Positions 63,866 through 64,000 of a DNA stretch of 64,000 bases are shown piece by piece. The stretch is from Octopus sinensis (Eukaryota), in contig NC_043019.1 in assembly GCF_006345805.1 (NCBI RefSeq), positions 21,017,360-21,081,359 on the forward strand. Reading direction: 5' to 3'. A model generated the notes under the pieces. It was given only the letters and a program-made list of their open reading frames with translations. It was not told where the DNA came from and ran no database searches. A program made the position numbers and the translations under genes. The stretch's first letter is position 1. Every line of letters begins with the position of its first letter.

Positions 63866-64000
63866 GAGATAGGGGTTGTATAATCTCATTGCTATTGTGT
63901 AGTGTTTTAATAAAGTATATGATTCGGTACTATCTGATAATTGATGATTGATTTAGATATATTTCTCCATTTTCTCATTTTGTATATATATATATTATAT

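Overview
AT-rich, repeat-saturated animal genomic DNA. The repeat complement (several tRNA-headed SINE families, RTE LINE 3' ends with (ATG)n tails, TTAA MITEs, very long TA/CA/TACA microsatellites) resembles what I know of octopus genomes; this is inference, not a database match. Only one host coding exon is supported: an LDL-receptor class A (LDLa) exon at 61659-61775 (+), so most of the window is probably a very long intron or intergenic DNA. Nearly all ORFs in the supplied track are microsatellite or repeat artefacts. Transposon remnants include RTE LINEs, Tc1/mariner, piggyBac-like and Merlin-like MITEs, and a Penelope-type GIY-YIG endonuclease fragment. The most interesting signal is three sequence-unrelated fold-back units (22391-22606, 35294-35749, 59502-59635). 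Each carries a divergent pair of degenerate minimal hammerhead-ribozyme motifs, and one has a tRNA-like Pol III head in the centre. All hammerhead copies here have core mutations, so they are probably fossils of a family whose active members lie elsewhere. Repeat boundaries were read by eye and are approximate unless TSDs or TIRs are quoted.
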